This document shows, piece after piece, positions 1 to 13,700 of a stretch of DNA of 49,517 bases. This DNA comes from Raillietiella orientalis (Eukaryota). The notes beneath the pieces were generated by a model. It saw nothing but the letters and a program-made list of their open reading frames with translations. It searched no databases and was not told the origin of the DNA. Where the stretch lies: contig JAYWIR010000166.1 in NCBI GenBank assembly GCA_036172245.1, positions 1-49,517 on the forward strand, written 5' to 3'. Position numbers and translations under genes: made by a program. Position 1 is the first letter of the stretch; every line of letters starts with the position of its first letter.

Positions 1-2900
1 GGTCTTTCTATCTTCCTCCCCGATCGCCGGAGCGCCTTCCGGAAGAAGAAGTCGCGAGACGTCCCGTTCCGGTAAATGCGCGCGTACAGGTAGGAGTAGA
101 ATTTGTTGAATAGGCCTTTTACCTAGTCGGGGGTGGAGTGCCCCGAACCCTGGTCGTCCAGTAAGCTGGCCGATTTGGATTGCCACGCCTGCCACTCGGC
201 TCCCGCACGGTATTCGGCTGGCCTGCGTACGTCTGGTGTTCGCGCGTAACATCGAGATTGTAAATACCATCTCTCGTTTCGCACGCTTTATCCAAACCCG
301 GCAGGCAGGAGGTTTATAGGGAACTCGTCGCAAAAATTTCGGACCGAGCGCTTAAAGCGAACCCAGTCCTGAAGCGTCTGCAAACTGAAACCTCCTATGA
401 ATCCGCGGAGATGCTCCGCGGCTTCCGGAAGTTTAAGCCAGTCCCCAGGTAAGCACCACACAGATGACCGCGGACCGCTATCGCGTGGGCGCACCTCGAG
501 TACGATCCGGTCATGGTCCGGCAGTTCCGGCAGTGACTTGCCGCGCCTGCGCACGCGTGAGCATAGGTGCTGGACAAGAAACACGTGATCAATGCTGTCG
601 GCAATTTCCGGATCTCCCTCGAACAAGTTTCGCGTGTGCATCTCTGCGCACAGCTCGTTCACTTGGTCCCGAAGTGTGTCGGACGCACCTGACAGCAGGC
701 GCAGGTTAACGTCACCTGCGATTAGGTGCGCTTTGCGCACTCTTACTTCGTCCAGATATTCGCGTCTCGGTAAGGAAGAAATCTCTTTTTGCCTTTGCCG
801 TTAGCGCGTCTCTGCCGCTTGGGGCGTACACGGTGGTAATGACCAGATCGATGGAGTCGGACCACCTGATAGTCACCTGCCCGACGCGAGCGGCACTATC
901 GAACCGTACGCCTTTTGCCGCAGGCTCGACAGCTGGACGAAGCAGGAACGCGACACCGCAAGATTCAACGGTGCCGCAACGCCACAGCAGCCGTCCATCC
1001 GAGATAAGCTCCTTCTCCGTTGCTTGATCTGCGGAGATCACGTGGATCTCTTGCAGAAGTACCAGGTCGAACGATGCCAGGGTGGAGGCCACGTCTCGTC
1101 TCTTGCCGTCCTCGCTTAGCCCGTTGACTTTCCAACAGGCAATTCGCAGACGGCGGCAATAGGCGATTGCAGGCATTAAGGCTTGGAACGTGGCGTTGCA
1201 GCACCTGTCAACAAACAGGTGGGAGGGACGAGTAAGGGGACCGCGGCCATCTGAGGCACTTGAAGCACCTGGGGCACAGACTCTACCCTTTCCGTCCCTC
1301 CGATGTCGCAGCGTGAGGTTACCTCACGAGGAGAGTACCCGGAGTTCCCCACTTGATTTCACGCTCGCTTCCCTCAATTATCTTACTTTCTTCCACGGAC
1401 GGGATAACTTTGCGGGTAGCCTTCTTCGTGCAATTGGCCTTCGTGCGGGAGGCCGCGATGCCGCAGGCTGTGTTTTCTGCCTCTGCGTCAGAGTTCGGAA
1501 TCTCCGAATTCTTGATCGAGGTCAGACGCCTTAAGGCCTTTTTCGTGGATTTAAGGGGACGCTGCAAGGACGCACCGAGCTCCTCCGCCGCTCGCAGAAA
1601 AGCGACGTCGTCGAGCATGCGTTCGACGACGGACGCCACCGCCAGGTCGATAGCCTCCGGCATTAATTCGGCGGAGGGCTGAAAGTCGGCAGCCACGAGT
1701 GCATTTTTGCCGCTCTTTTCGACCGCAGGAATGCGCTTGATGACGACAGAGCAGCGTTTGATATTTTCGCGACGCGGCAAATTCTCGCTGCGTTTCGCGA
1801 CATTTTTTTTGCTTCCTTGAGGCTTTCCTGCCTCTTGGATTTTACTACCTGCCATCCAGATTCCTGGACGTTCTGCTCGACCTTGTCCGAGTTTTCCAAG
1901 ATCTCGGTGGTGACCTTCACCTGGGGCACGATAGTTGTTTTTCGAGCGGCGGCTCTCTCTCCGGCTGCCTGAACTCGTCTTTTTCTCGCCGCGCGTTTTT
2001 TTGCATTCCGTGCGGACGCGACGCGGACTTTATTTTGCGGGCACACTGGAAGAGTGTGCCCGGGCTGCTTGCATTGCTCGCACTGCAAGTGGGGGCACCT
2101 TTTTTTCAGGGGACCTGAAGTGCTGCAATGCCCGCAGAAATGCGGCTTACCGACATACCAGATGTCAACGGGTTCGCCGTTGACCTCCAGCTTGTTTGGT
2201 AGGGACCAACCCTCGCGGACCGTGATGCGTGCGGAAGATATACCGCAATTCAGAAGATCGAACTCCCAAAACGGAGTAGGCCTTTTCCACAACGCGTAGA
2301 CGGTTCCGAATTTGATTAATTCCGTCCGGAAAGCTTCTTCGGCCATCCGGAAGGTGATTCCGAGGAGGTGGATCACGATAGATCTATCCTCCGTGATGAG
2401 GAGGAGCCGGCGATTCTTCAAAGGAACAGGTGTACGGAGCAAACGCTAGGCAAGACTTTCTTCTTTGCAAATCACATCAACGTACTGTCCATTACTCCTG
2501 ATAGTCATCGCGAAGAGCTCCTCCTGGGGTACTTTGAGGTAGTGCATCGCTTTCGAGAAAACGCGTGCACTCTCGAAGGAGTAAAGGTTGCCTACCTTGT
2601 AGAGTAGAGGAAGATTGTACCCCTCCTCCAGGTAGGCTTTCAACTTAGTTGCAGCCGCTTGCGTTGGCGCCGCAGCCGCGGAACTCCAGATTGTCCCTAG
2701 CGAGGGAGTCGCTTCTGTGAGGGCGGTTGCCCTTATATCCATTGATTCAGAAGGCGACATAGACGTCGCCCCCTCCTTAACATTGGTGGTGGTCCCAGGC
2801 ATTGCTTCGTAGCCACCACCGAATTTACTGGCCCACAAAAAAAAAAAGAAGAAAAATAAATCCACAAACGCTCAAGAGCGAAACAAAAACCCGTGCGCTC
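1..2900 (-). mobile_element. E1: Tx1/L1-clade non-LTR retrotransposon, 5' part (5'UTR, ORF1, APE domain of ORF2; 3' part runs off the window)
   Basis: ORF1 pieces 2446-2865, 1663-2442 (CGHCSTSGPLKKRC, CEQCKQPGHTLPVC) and 1319-1855. ORF2 starts at 1176 with APE motifs (IACWKVNGL, LLQEIH, TVYAPSG, GDVN, SIDHV, PDHD). Contains stops and frameshifts. The 5' end abuts plus-strand ORF2 sequence of E2. Confidence 0.9.
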
Positions 2901-3433
2901 TCGATCGAGGACTGGGACGATCTGAAAAGATCGGTCCGCGAGTTCTGCTGTCGGTTACCATTGCACCTGGTTCCCCGCGGCTTCGGGGAGGGTGTCGCGA
3001 ACAGCAGATCCTATCTGCTGGCGCGTACTTTCTCCCGATGTTCGGACGTGCGGTGTCTGGCGGAGTACAAAGCCTGGGCCGAGCGCCAGGTTTGACAGTC
3101 TGAAGCGGCTTGTCTGCTCGATGACGCTGGACAGGAATGCACGGCTGCAGCCGAAGTACACCGCGTAATCAAGCGCTACTACTTCTGGTTGTACGCGGAG
3201 GAGCTCACGGAATGCAGTCTCTTTGAGCTGCTTCTTCCGACGGGTAACCCTGCTATCGACGAAGAGGAACGCGACAGATTGGATTGGCCCTTCAAGGCGT
3301 AAGAAGTATCTTCCTCTATAGCGGGCCTGAAGAGGCGTAAGGCGCCTAGGGAGGATGGCCTGCCCGCGGATTTCTTTCAGTGCTTCCCGGCGGAGCTCGT
3401 CCCCCTGGTGCTAAGCCTTTTCTCGCTGATGCG
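2901..3433 (+). mobile_element. E2 left piece: Tx1-like ORF2 (APE-RT linker to KAPxEDGLP)
   Basis: Translates IEDWDDLKRSVREFCCRLPL...LKRRKAPREDGLPADFFQ...LFSLMR, homologous to E4 ORF2. Continues at 14858 after an 11-bp TSD. Confidence 0.88.
3423..3433 (+). repeat. Target-site duplication of E3, left copy (TCGCTGATGCG; right copy 14858-14868)
   Basis: Exact 11-bp direct repeat flanking E3. Joining the flanks restores the host reading ...LFSLMRETGDVPASFR... Confidence 0.9.
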
Positions 3434-5535
3434 TTTTAAACCCGGTTGCGCCGGGACGTTTATTTGTGAAAACGAACCACAATCCTCAAGGCAAATTCAT
3501 CCTTTCTAGACACAAGAAACGCCCATACAGAAAGTTCAGTTCAGAAAGATCACCGGCACGCAGGTTGCCTTCCAAAAGAAAGGAACAGAGGGAGAGGGAT
3601 ACAAAATAAACAAAACATAAGAAAACAAACAGAGAAACAGTGGAGGTTGGGGTCAGGGATCCATGGTAGTAAACGTTCCTGATCTTTCTAGAAGCGCTGT
3701 TTGACAATGGCGAATTCCCTGGAGACTTTCCTGCGCAGATGAGGCCACTTGACAGCTGCTTTCATAAGGTTCGCAGCGATTCTGGCGGCGTCCGTTCGCT
3801 GCGAGCTTTCTTCTAGTTTACGGCGAGCGATCACGATGGCGCGGATGCAAGAGATTGTTGCGATAACAGCGCATTTATTTAGTCCGTCTTTGCTGAATAA
3901 GCGTCGAAGCAGGTCTGTGGCAGTGTCCTGAGGACGACGAAGTGCCGAAGCAAGTCTCCGCCATAACTCCCGCAAGTCACTACACTCAAGGAGCAGGTGC
4001 GTAAGCGATTCTATCGCCCCGCACCTGAGGCAGTTCGGGGAGACGACTTTCCCTGTAACCAAGTTTCTGCGCTTATTGCACTAGAATCCCCAGTGCAGAA
4101 AAAGAAGAACATCCTGTTTCCATCAAAGCGGGAACACGGAGCTGTCCACACACAAAGAAGGGACCACAAGATATTCAGGGAATAATCCAAGAACCTCACT
4201 CTAACGAAGAAGTCCCTTTGACTGGTAACGAGGAGTGGCAGCGTCTAACAACACGCTCGTTCTGCAGCCGCTCAGCAGTCTTCCCACTTTTAGAATGCTG
4301 CAGAAGAACTCTCACCTTGCCGGTTGTCTACTGTCGTTGTTTGCCCTCAGAGCAGATAGCGCTGCGGCGATGAATGAGACGGCTACCTGGGACCAAAGCG
4401 ACCAGTCCTGTAGGATCACTCTTAGCGGTTTGCGTAAGAGGCCCTGTGAGGGTCGCAATTGCTCTGGGCGCACATCGAAAGTGAACGTCCAGTGCTCCAG
4501 AGCTACCTGCTGCCGAGGATTAAAATTGGAGGGGCGGCAGGAAATTCAGGAATGGGCTAACAGCAACGAGGACAAATGCCTCAGTGGGTAGCCAAATCCA
4601 GTTCTCCGGCGGAGGTTGCGCGGCAGCAACGAAAGCAATCCTGCACTGCCGACACATCGCTGGAGAATATGGCGAGCCGGAGCACACCAGTGACAAGACC
4701 ACAATTTCCCACATAAGGATAGAAGCCGGAATTGCACTTGCAGTCGAATCTTCTGGATGGTCAGGATTCTTAGTCCTGCGTCCTAGCATGGCGTTACCAA
4801 ATCTTTGAGGCGAACCCTGGATCGCGCAGCTCCCCGCATGACCTTACGTAGGAGACGCTGCGCCCGGAGTTTAACCACACAGGGAGGTGGGCAAACAAAA
4901 AATAAGGGGCGGAGGAGGGGGGGAAGGGAAGTGTTCCATATGCACGTTTTTTCGGCAAGACGAACTTGCCCACCAGGAACGGGCCTAGAGCCATCCCTGC
5001 CTTTTGAAGCCAGGCCGACCACGATTCAGACGAGCAGAAGTCGCCCAACGGTACGCCCAGGTACTTGAAGTAAATAAGCGTTGGGGTCCCCAGGCGGATC
5101 CAGTCGGCCTGTCCCTCCCACGACGCACCCACTGTCACGACGGAGCACTTCGCCCTGTTAACGCTCATGCTCGCTCCACGACGGATCAGCTCGAAGAAGT
5201 CTTGGACCGAGTCCGGAGGAGTAGACATGGGCAACAGAAGCAGAAGGTCGTCGGCGTTTGCTGCCGCGAACGGAGTTCACGGAGAGGCGCTGGGCAGTAC
5301 GGCCAGCGTCAGCCTGTACGCTTGTAGCACCAACTCGAAGTAGATGCTGAAGAACAACAGGTTTAAGCTATCGCCCTGCCTAATGCCTCTGCGCACGGCC
5401 ACTCCGTACACGCGGGAGCCACTGAAATACAAGTTGATAATCGCGTGGCGCTAGCAGGAGCGCAAGTACAGGAGAAGATGATTCGAAAGCCCAAGACGCT
5501 CCAGGAGCTCCAAGAGGCGTTCCTGGTTTAGGCAG

Positions 5536-5550
5536 TCGAACGCCTTGTGC
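5536..5550 (+). repeat. Target-site duplication of E4, left copy (TCGAACGCCTTGTGC; right copy TCGAATGCTTTGTGC at 10980-10994)
   Basis: 15-bp direct repeat with two C/T differences. On the minus strand both copies encode HKAF(D) of the E3 RT motif AVDLHKAFDCLNQ. Confidence 0.88.
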
Positions 5551-5643
5551 GCTCTAGGGTGGACGTGTTTTCTCGGTGCTCCTCGTGCCAGGAAGTCTCC
5601 CCCAGTGCAAGCGTCGTGTGGTTCAGTGGTCGATCAGGCAGCG

Positions 5644-7318
5644 ATGCCTGACGCGACCACCAGGAATGGCCAGGGGGCAGCGGCAACGCCGACCCCAGAG
5701 GCGATGGAGAGCCAGGGGGCGGCGGAAACGTCGCCCCCAGAGGCGATGGAGGTGAGGGCATCCGCATCAACAGAATCGGTCTTCTCTGCAGCGCGGGCGT
5801 GGAGCGCCGTTCTGTCGGCGCCATCGCCTGCAGCCGCGGCGGAATTGTCGGCCTATGTAGAGGAGGGGTACAACCCCTCATTGTTCTACAAGGTAGGCAA
5901 TTTATATTCTTTAGAGAGCGCGTGCGCCTTCTCGAAGGGCATGCGCGCTCTCGATGTGAAAGAGGAGGAGCTCAGCGCTATGACCATCCGCAGCGGGGGT
6001 CAGTACGTTGAGGTCATCTGCAAACATGCAGAGCTGGCCGAACGACTGCTTAAAACCCCCGTTGGGATGGGGACGCGCAGGCTTCTCCCCACTACGGCGG
6101 ACCGCAGCATGGTGGTCCACCTGTTAGGCGTGACGGCGCGAATGCGCAAAGATCAGGTTCGCGCCGCTTTGGAACAGTTTGGAACGGTCCACGCGCAGTG
6201 GTCGAAAGTTAGTCCTCTCGAGGACTACACGGGGCTGCAACACGGCCTCACTGCTGCGCGCGTGACCGTTCGGGAGGGCTGCACTCTTCCCCACAAACTG
6301 GTGGTCGAAGGCGAAACCGTCGAAATCTGGTATGTGGAAAAGCCGAAATACTGTGGCTTCTGCAATACGTCGGGCCACCTCAAAAAAAGGTGTCCCAATG
6401 TGCAGTGCCAAGTATGCGGCACAATGAGCCACACGAGGGAGGTGTGCCCAAAAGCAGCAGTGCGAATGGTTTACAAGAGAAACCTTAAAAAACGCGCATG
6501 GCTTCTGCAGAAAAGACTGGAGGCGAAAGCTGCCGCGAAGGCTGTGCCACCCGCGCCCAAGACCCAGGCCGCATCCGAGACCCCGGAGACCAACGCCGAA
6601 AAAGTTGAGGGAGCAGGCCAGGAGACTGAGTGGCAAGTGGCAACAGCCAAAAAATCAAAGAAGGAGAGGAGGATGGAAAAGAAAATCGCCTACCAACAGG
6701 AGAAGAAAGAGCAGGGTAGCGCGATAATTAAAGAGTGCAGCGTCGTTGTCGAACGCGTTCTCGATGTTGCCGAACGCTGCCGGAAAGAACTCGCCGCTAC
6801 CGACGACATCCCTCTGTTGACACAGTCAAAAGCGAGGGGAGCGAGCCGGCGGCGGCGTCCGTCATCGACACCACCATCGATGACGTAGCCTTCGCGCGAG
6901 CCGCGGAGGAGCTGGCAGCCGCGTTGCAGCCAGAACCCTTAAGGCAGGCAAGAAGGCCGTAAGGCGTCCGGCCTCCCCTGAGGAGTCCCCCACTTCCGAC
7001 CCCGAGGTGGAGGCCGGAAGCGGAGCCTCCGTTTCCACAGAACCGCGCAAGAAGGCTGGACGTAAGTCCACAAAGCCAAGGAAGCTCGTCTCCCCCGCCG
7101 AAGGGGAAGAGATGGCTTCCGCAAGCGAGGGTGCCATGAGCGTGGGAAACTCTCGGGAACCGTCGCCGGAGAGACTCCCACGCACGGACACGGAGGGGAT
7201 GGAGGGGGTGGAGGCCAAACAGGTGCCTCAGGTGCCTGAGAAGGCCAAAACCCTCATGGACATCCCGCCCGCCTCGCAAGAGGAGGGCTCCCCCACACCT
7301 TAATCTTCCAAGCAGTAA
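5644..7318 (+). pseudogene. E4 ORF1 (gag-like nucleic-acid chaperone with two CCHC zinc knuckles), disrupted near 6840-6960
   Basis: ATG at 5644 (homologous ATG in E5). CGFCNTSGHLKKRC and CQVCGTMSHTREVC. Basic/low-complexity C-terminus continues in ORF 7007-7303 after a frameshift and a stop. Confidence 0.85.
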
Positions 7319-10300
7319 TGCCGGGAATCTCCTCCTTCCGTCGTCTGCGCATCGCCGTTTGGAACGTGAACGGCATGACAGACGCCGGCAGGAGACGAGA
7401 CATGGCCGCCCTTCTGGAGTCCTACGACCTTGCGCTGCTGCAGGAGATCCACGTGATCTCTGCAGAACAAGCGCAAGAGATCGAACGGATCTCCGGAGGG
7501 CGGCTATGGTACAGGTGTGGGAGAGCGAAAAGTTGCGGTGTCGCCTACCTGCTTCGGCCAGCCGTCGAGGCCGCGGCTCGGGGCGTGCGGTTCGACGATC
7601 ACGGTCGTGTCGGCCAGCTGACTCTCAGGTGGTCCGACTCGATCGATCTGATCGTCACGAACGTGTACGCACCGAGCGGCAAGGACCTGATGAACAGGAG
7701 GGCGAGGAAAGAGTTTTTCCTTGCCCTCCGGCGAGACTGGCTGACCGAAGCAGGCGTGCGGAATGCCCATCTGGTTGCAGGCGATTTCAACGTTCGCCTG
7801 AAACCAGATGAGCAGAATCCCGAGCGTGACCTGGTCAACGAGGTGTGCATGGCGGTGCACACCTGTAATTTGTTGGCCAGTGCACCGGGGATGGAAGACA
7901 GCATTGACCACGTGTTTCTTGACGAGCACCTGTGCCCTCGCGTGGGCAGGCGCGGCAAGTTACCGTGCGAGCTGTCCGACCATCGCCCGCTAGTCCTCGA
8001 GATCCATCCGCGCGACAGGGGCCCCCCCTCGTCAGCGTGGCGTCTCCCAGGGGACTGGCTGAAGCTCCCGGACGCGGCGGAACATCTCCGCACGTTCATA
8101 CGGAGCTTCAGGCTGCGGACACTCCAGGATTGGGACCGCTTCAAGCGGTCGGTCCAGGAGTTCTGCGACCAGTTTCCTCTGCACCGCCTACCTACGGGTT
8201 TTGGGACCGGGGTCCGTAACGAACGAGCCTACCTGCAGGCCTGTCGTTACGCCAGGACCCCCGACATCCGCAGGCTGGCGGAATACAAAGCGGGAGCCTT
8301 GAGGCAAGCCTGGCAGTCCGGATCGGCCAGCTTACTGGACGATCAGGGCCAGGAGCACTCGGCACCTGCCCAAATGCGCGGCCTGCTGCGGAGTTACTAC
8401 TCTTCCTTGTATGCCAAAGCACCTCCGGAGAGAAACGTCTTACGACTCCTGCTTCCGGAAGGCGCTCCAACGATCGGGGAGGAGCAGAGAAAGACCCTCG
8501 ACGAGCCTTTCACGATGGACGAGATCCTCTCGGCCATCGGAAAGCTCAAGAGGCGAAAGGCTCCAGGGGAGGACGGACTGCCCGCGAAGTTTTATTAAAC
8601 TTTCGCGGCTGTGCTTACCCCCCTGGTACAGCAACTCACCTTGCTGATACGCGAAACAGGTGACGTTCGCGCCAACATCTTCATCAGCCCGGAACAGACA
8701 TATGCTGTTCCCGGGCGTAAAATGGAGGCGAACCTGTTCCACGCTTCTACCTGGCTAGAGCTCCAACATGAAAAGAGCTTGGTGCGCAGCCGAAATTCCG
8801 GTGAGTGCGCCGGCAAGGGGTTGGATGGTCGGGTGGGGGAGGGAGCCCTTACGGTCGCAATCGACTTGCGGAAAGCATTCGATTGCGTCGACCAGAATCT
8901 CCTTCTGGAGCTTCTTGAACGCTTGGGCTTCCCTGCCTAATTAGTGGCATATCTGCGCTCATGCTGGCGCGACGCGCTCATCAATGTTACTTTTAGCGGG
9001 CAGACCGTGCACGGCGTGCCGGTGCGGCGTGGAATCCGGCAGGGAGACAGCCTGAGCCCCTCGCTCTTCAGTACCTACTTTGAGTTTGTACTGAGAGCGT
9101 CCAGGGGAACTCTGGCGCACCTGCCGTACCACTGTGCCGGTACGCCGGCCGTTTCAGCATACGCGGACGACCTTCTGCTGCTGCTCCCTGTGTCCACCCC
9201 GGCTGCGGCGGTCGAGGAGTACTTCGACCTGCTGCATCGGGGAACCGGACTTACGGTGAACACGGCGAAGTCGTCCGTGATGCCAGTTGGTGTGGCGTGG
9301 GCAGGGCAGCAGGACTGAGTCCGTTCGGGGATCTTCACGGTGAGGTACTTTAAGTACCTTTATGTGCTGTTGGGGGACTACTCCCCTGCGGAAGCGTGGT
9401 CCGGCTGCCTCCAAAAAGTAGAGACGGCGATCGGCCCGTTCCGAGGCGGCAGGTTTTTCCTGCCTGAACGGGCCGCTGTTTGGAACACGTTCGCGGCTCC
9501 TCTCCTCCGTCCCCTGTTTCTTGTTTACCCCTTCACAGAGAGAATAAAAAAGCGGACGAAGGACCCCCTCCGTATCGCCCTTTGGGGCAACGGGAGGGCC
9601 GGATTCCGCTTAAAGAATTTGTGCGCTCCTCGTCGGGATGGTAATCTGGGCCTCCTGACGCTGGAGCTGCTGGAGCTTCAGCTTCAGTTTTGCTTGTCAG
9701 CACTCGTTCCAGAGTTGTGGTGCACCTGTTGGTGCGTCCCTGCAAGTCTCCTTCTCTAGCAAGCCACCGGCAAGACGAGACTGACGTCGTTTCTTGAACT
9801 CCGTTGCCGCGTCAACCGATGCGGACTCCAGCTACGGAGTGTGGCTGCGCTGTATCGGAAAAACCCAGGATTGCTCACCTGTCGCCCGTTGAGCGGAAGT
9901 GCCTGGTTGCAGGAAACCGTTTGAACGTGGGGACAGTTCGGCATGCAACGCTCCCAACAGGAACGAAGGTTCGTGTTTGGGGGTTACAGAAGTTGCACGC
10001 TTCGCCAGATCCTGGAGGATCCAAAGAAGAGAGCGTGGGCAGGAAGAACCCCCTTCGCTGCTGCGCTGCCATCCCTGATGGAAGATCTAGACAGCGATGT
10101 TGCGGCGAAGTGGGTGGTTACAGTAACAATCTCCGGAATAGAGAAGAAGATAGGAGAGTGGAAGACGGGCCAGTTAACAGACGTTGCTACCCCGATTACG
10201 CCTCCCAATGGACTTCTGCGCTCGGGCGCGCTGCTTGATGTTCCCATTTTACATCTGAAGTTTCCCCCGGTGCTCGTTAACACTTTCGCCCTCCCCTTAA

Positions 10301-10749
10301 AATGGCAGGAGTCGGCTCTCCTGTTGCAGCACTGGGGACTCCCCTGCGACGCCCGCCGACAGCACTGGACCTGGGGAGCGGTGGACCCCTATTGCGTCAG
10401 GTGTGGGGAACGGGAGTGCCTTCCCCACCTGCTAGTGGACAGTGTTGCCCTTCGGCCCCTTTGGTTTCGCTTTGCCGCGGCCATCGGAATCCCCTGCGGC
10501 AATCCCAGGGACGCACTGAAAGCCCTCTTCGTTGCCGACGCCCTTCGGCCAGCGGCCTCGCTAGCAGCTTTGTGCTGCCTACGCGGGATCGTCACCGCTT
10601 GGAGCAAGGCTACGGGAGGACAGCGCGAACAGGTTGCCATCCTGCCAGCCTCCCAGTTCCTGAGGAGGGCGTCTCGATGGCCCCACCTGGATTCAGGAAT
10701 ACAGAAGGAGCTTGCCGGCATCCTGCAAAGGATGCAACGGCCCCATTAG
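7318..10749 (+). pseudogene. E4 ORF2: APE endonuclease + reverse transcriptase + C-terminal Cys motif, with premature stops and frameshifts
   Basis: IAVWNVNG, LLQEIH, NVYAP, GDFN, SIDHV, SDH (APE). KAPGEDGLP, DLRKAFDCV, GIRQGDSLSPSLF, AYADDL, KYL (RT). CVRCGERECLPHLLVDS. Stops at 8596, 8938, 9316 and 9757. Confidence 0.93.
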
Positions 10750-13700
10750 CAACTGTGATTCCTTCCCTTACCCTCCCAACTTTTCTTTTCTTTTTTTTGT
10801 TTTGTTTTTTGTTTTTCTTCTTCCCCCTGCTGCCGTGGTGGACCGTACCGGTCTGCAAACCGGTGACCCGGCAGGCTGTGTTTTTTTTTTCGTGCGTGGC
10901 TGGAGCAATGGCCCAGCCACCGCACGTCTTTGTAAAAGTTTATTTTACAATAAACGCCTCGGCGAAATCCGGGTTAAAATCGAATGCTTTGTGCAAATCT
11001 ACTGCTAGTGCCAAGGCTCCCGGCTTTTATCCCGTCCGTCCGCACTGGCGCTGGCAGTTGTAAGAAGGTCTAGCCGATGTTTTGCTGTCCGCCGCAACGC
11101 GCTCTTGGAGCTGCCACCAGATGCGCACCATAAGATGGTTCGAATCCATGAATCTACCCGGTACAGCGTGAGGTTGCTCCGGGCTTACCACGGACTCCGC
11201 GACTTCCCCTAGGCGCCTGATCCACTGCTTCGAAAACAACTTGACGTCCCTATTCAGAAACGTGATCGGACGCCAGTTTTTGAGATGGCGCGGATCTCCT
11301 CCTTTCGGGAGGAGACGCACTTTCGCTAAGCGGAAGGAAGAAGTGACATCTCCCGTCACCTTTATCAGCGTCGAGGGTCTGAGCACCAGTGGTGCGACTT
11401 CCGCCGCGAAGCTCTGATAGAAATCCGAGGGCAGCCCGTCGTCACCTGGAGTGATCCGTTTCTTGAGTCCTGCGATAGCGGAAGAAACTTCCTCCGACGA
11501 GAAGAACTTGTCGAGACGGGCGCGTTTCTCCTCGCCGATGCCGTGTGCACCTCACAGCAGAAGCAGTTCCGAGAGTATGCTCTCCGTCTGGGATTTGGCG
11601 TAGAGCAAGGAGAAATGACGCTTCAGTGATCGCCGAACTTCGGCAGGAGCCGTGCATTCTCGGTATTGGTTGTCGAGCAGAATAGGCGCTCCAGACTGCC
11701 AGACCTTGTGCTCGGCCCTCGCCTTGTTCTCTGCGAGGTGCCGCACTACCCTACGGCTAGAGAAGTTGCGCGCCTGCAGTAATTCTTTGCTATTGGCCAC
11801 GCCTTCTCCAAAGCGGCGCGGTAGGAAGCGCAGGGGGAACTGGTCGCAAAACTCCCGAACCGATCTTTTAAGGTGGTCCTAGTCTTTGAGCTGCCGGATG
11901 GCAAAGCCGCGTAGGAACTGGCGAAGATGTTCAACCGCCTCCGGATGACTGAGTTAATCCGCCAACATCCTCCAAACATTGTTCGGAGGTCCGTTGCTTG
12001 GCGGGAGTAGCTCGAACTCAAGCCTATCATGGTCCGATAACGTGGACGGCACCCTGTCTCTCCTTCCCACTTGCGAGAGTAGGTGTTCATCAAGGTAGAC
12101 GTGATCCACGCACCTTTCCAGTCCAACTCGCCGGCTTCCAAGTTACGCGCGTACACCGAAGCGCATGCCTCTTCCACGCACGACCGTTACGCCGGAGACC
12201 TCGTCCCGTTGCAAAGCAGGTGGACGTTGTATTCCCCTGCGACGAGATGTGACACTCTGGCTCCGGAGTTCCTGAGGCATTGGCTCTCCAGCACATCAAA
12301 GAACTCGATTCTTTTGGCGCGCCGATGAAAGCTGCTCGGCGCGTTGACGTTCGTCAGGACAAGTTCTATTAAATCTCACCACTTGAGTACAAATTGGCTT
12401 TTTCGCCCTTCCTGGTCGAATCGAACGCTGCGCACCGCTCCCGTCATCCTACTATGTACGAGTCAACCGACTCCGTACGATTGTGCAGAACCTTCTCGCC
12501 AGTATAGGGTGCCACTCGCGCGCCGTTCAATTTCGGTAACCTCCGCGTCGGAGATGTGTTGCATCTCCTGAAGGATCGCCAAATCGAAATGTCGCAGGGT
12601 GTCTGACACGCCGCGCCTTTTTCCGTCCCTGCCCAGCCCGTTGACGTTCCAACAGGCTACGCTGAACCGACGAAGAGAGGCGACTTCCTGCATTAATTCT
12701 GGGAAGATGAGAACAGGTTTCTCGCCATGTCCGGTGAGTGGTCACGAGACAGAACGGCAGATTTTGGAGAGGGCACATCTCCATTCGAAGCCTCCCTGCT
12801 TGTTGCCGGTCGCTCAAAGGTGAGGTCCATCTCCTCCTCTTTGCTCCCCGGCAAGAGATTTTCTTCGGCAACTACGCGCTTGCGGGTCTTCGAGAGGCGA
12901 TTGCGCGGTTTCGGGCGGGTTTCGCGCTGTGTGCTCATTCTGCGGACTTTGGATCAGAATCCGACAGTCGAGCGCTTGCCAGGCACTGCTTCTGTTTCCC
13001 AAAATTAAGGAAATCATTGGATGCCTGTTTCTTAGCGCTTTTTGCTACTGCGGCTGGCACTTTGGTCCTTTTAGCCGCAGTAGCAGCTTCCCGCTCCATC
13101 AGCGATAGGACGACTGCACAGGAAGAAAGAATCGCAATGTTTTTCTGGGAAGGTTTCGCGGGTTTCTTTCGCCCACTTACCTTCACACAGAGCTGCGAAG
13201 ACCTTGATGGTTTCTTTCTAATGATCTTTCTCACCTGCATCCAGCCTTCTTCCTTCGCGTCGCAGTTATCTTTGCCATCCTGAGATGGCGCTGCTTCCAC
13301 GGTTGTAAGAGGCGTTGCCTTGGCTGACTCTTGGAGTGCTGCCTCCACGCAGGCGTAAGCAACTCCTTTAGCGATCGCGAGAGGCGCTGCCTCTTTCAGA
13401 TCGGAGGATTCGCGCGTTGCCTTTGCGACCGCTGGGGGCACTGCTGTGGCGGTGGTGCTCGCATTAGCAGTTTCTTCCTTGACCGCAGTAGGCGCTGCGT
13501 CCGTGCACGATAGCTGAGGGTTTGCCGGCTGTTTCGTCGCGGCACTCAGCCCCTGGAGCATTTTAGCCGCGGTTGGTTTATCCGGCACGGAGTTCTTTGC
13601 CCGTCGGGGCGATTTTCCCGAATCGGGCGAGCGACCGCATTCCTCGCCACTTGCCGAGGCCTTGGTTGGAGGCTTCGCGGTCGCGATGCCGACAGTAGAA

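Larger units (their letters stand above)
5551..10979 (+). mobile_element. E4: near full-length Tx1-like element (best preserved copy), inserted antisense into E3 RT
   Basis: 5'UTR, ORF1, ORF2 (APE, RT, Cys motif), T-rich 3'UTR, ending AATAAACGCCTCGGCGAAATCCGGGTTAAAA. Flanked by a 15-bp TSD. Confidence 0.95.

Noticed and set aside
5672..5755. 42-bp tandem duplication in the E4 ORF1 N-terminus (GAAATPTPEAMESQ / GAAETSPPEAMEVR)
   Set aside because: Real, but ordinary length variation in a low-complexity ORF1 leader; E5 has a single clear copy.
6349..6450. CCHC knuckles as gag of an LTR retrotransposon or retrovirus
   Set aside because: They are followed by APE and a non-LTR-type RT; no LTRs, protease or integrase are seen.
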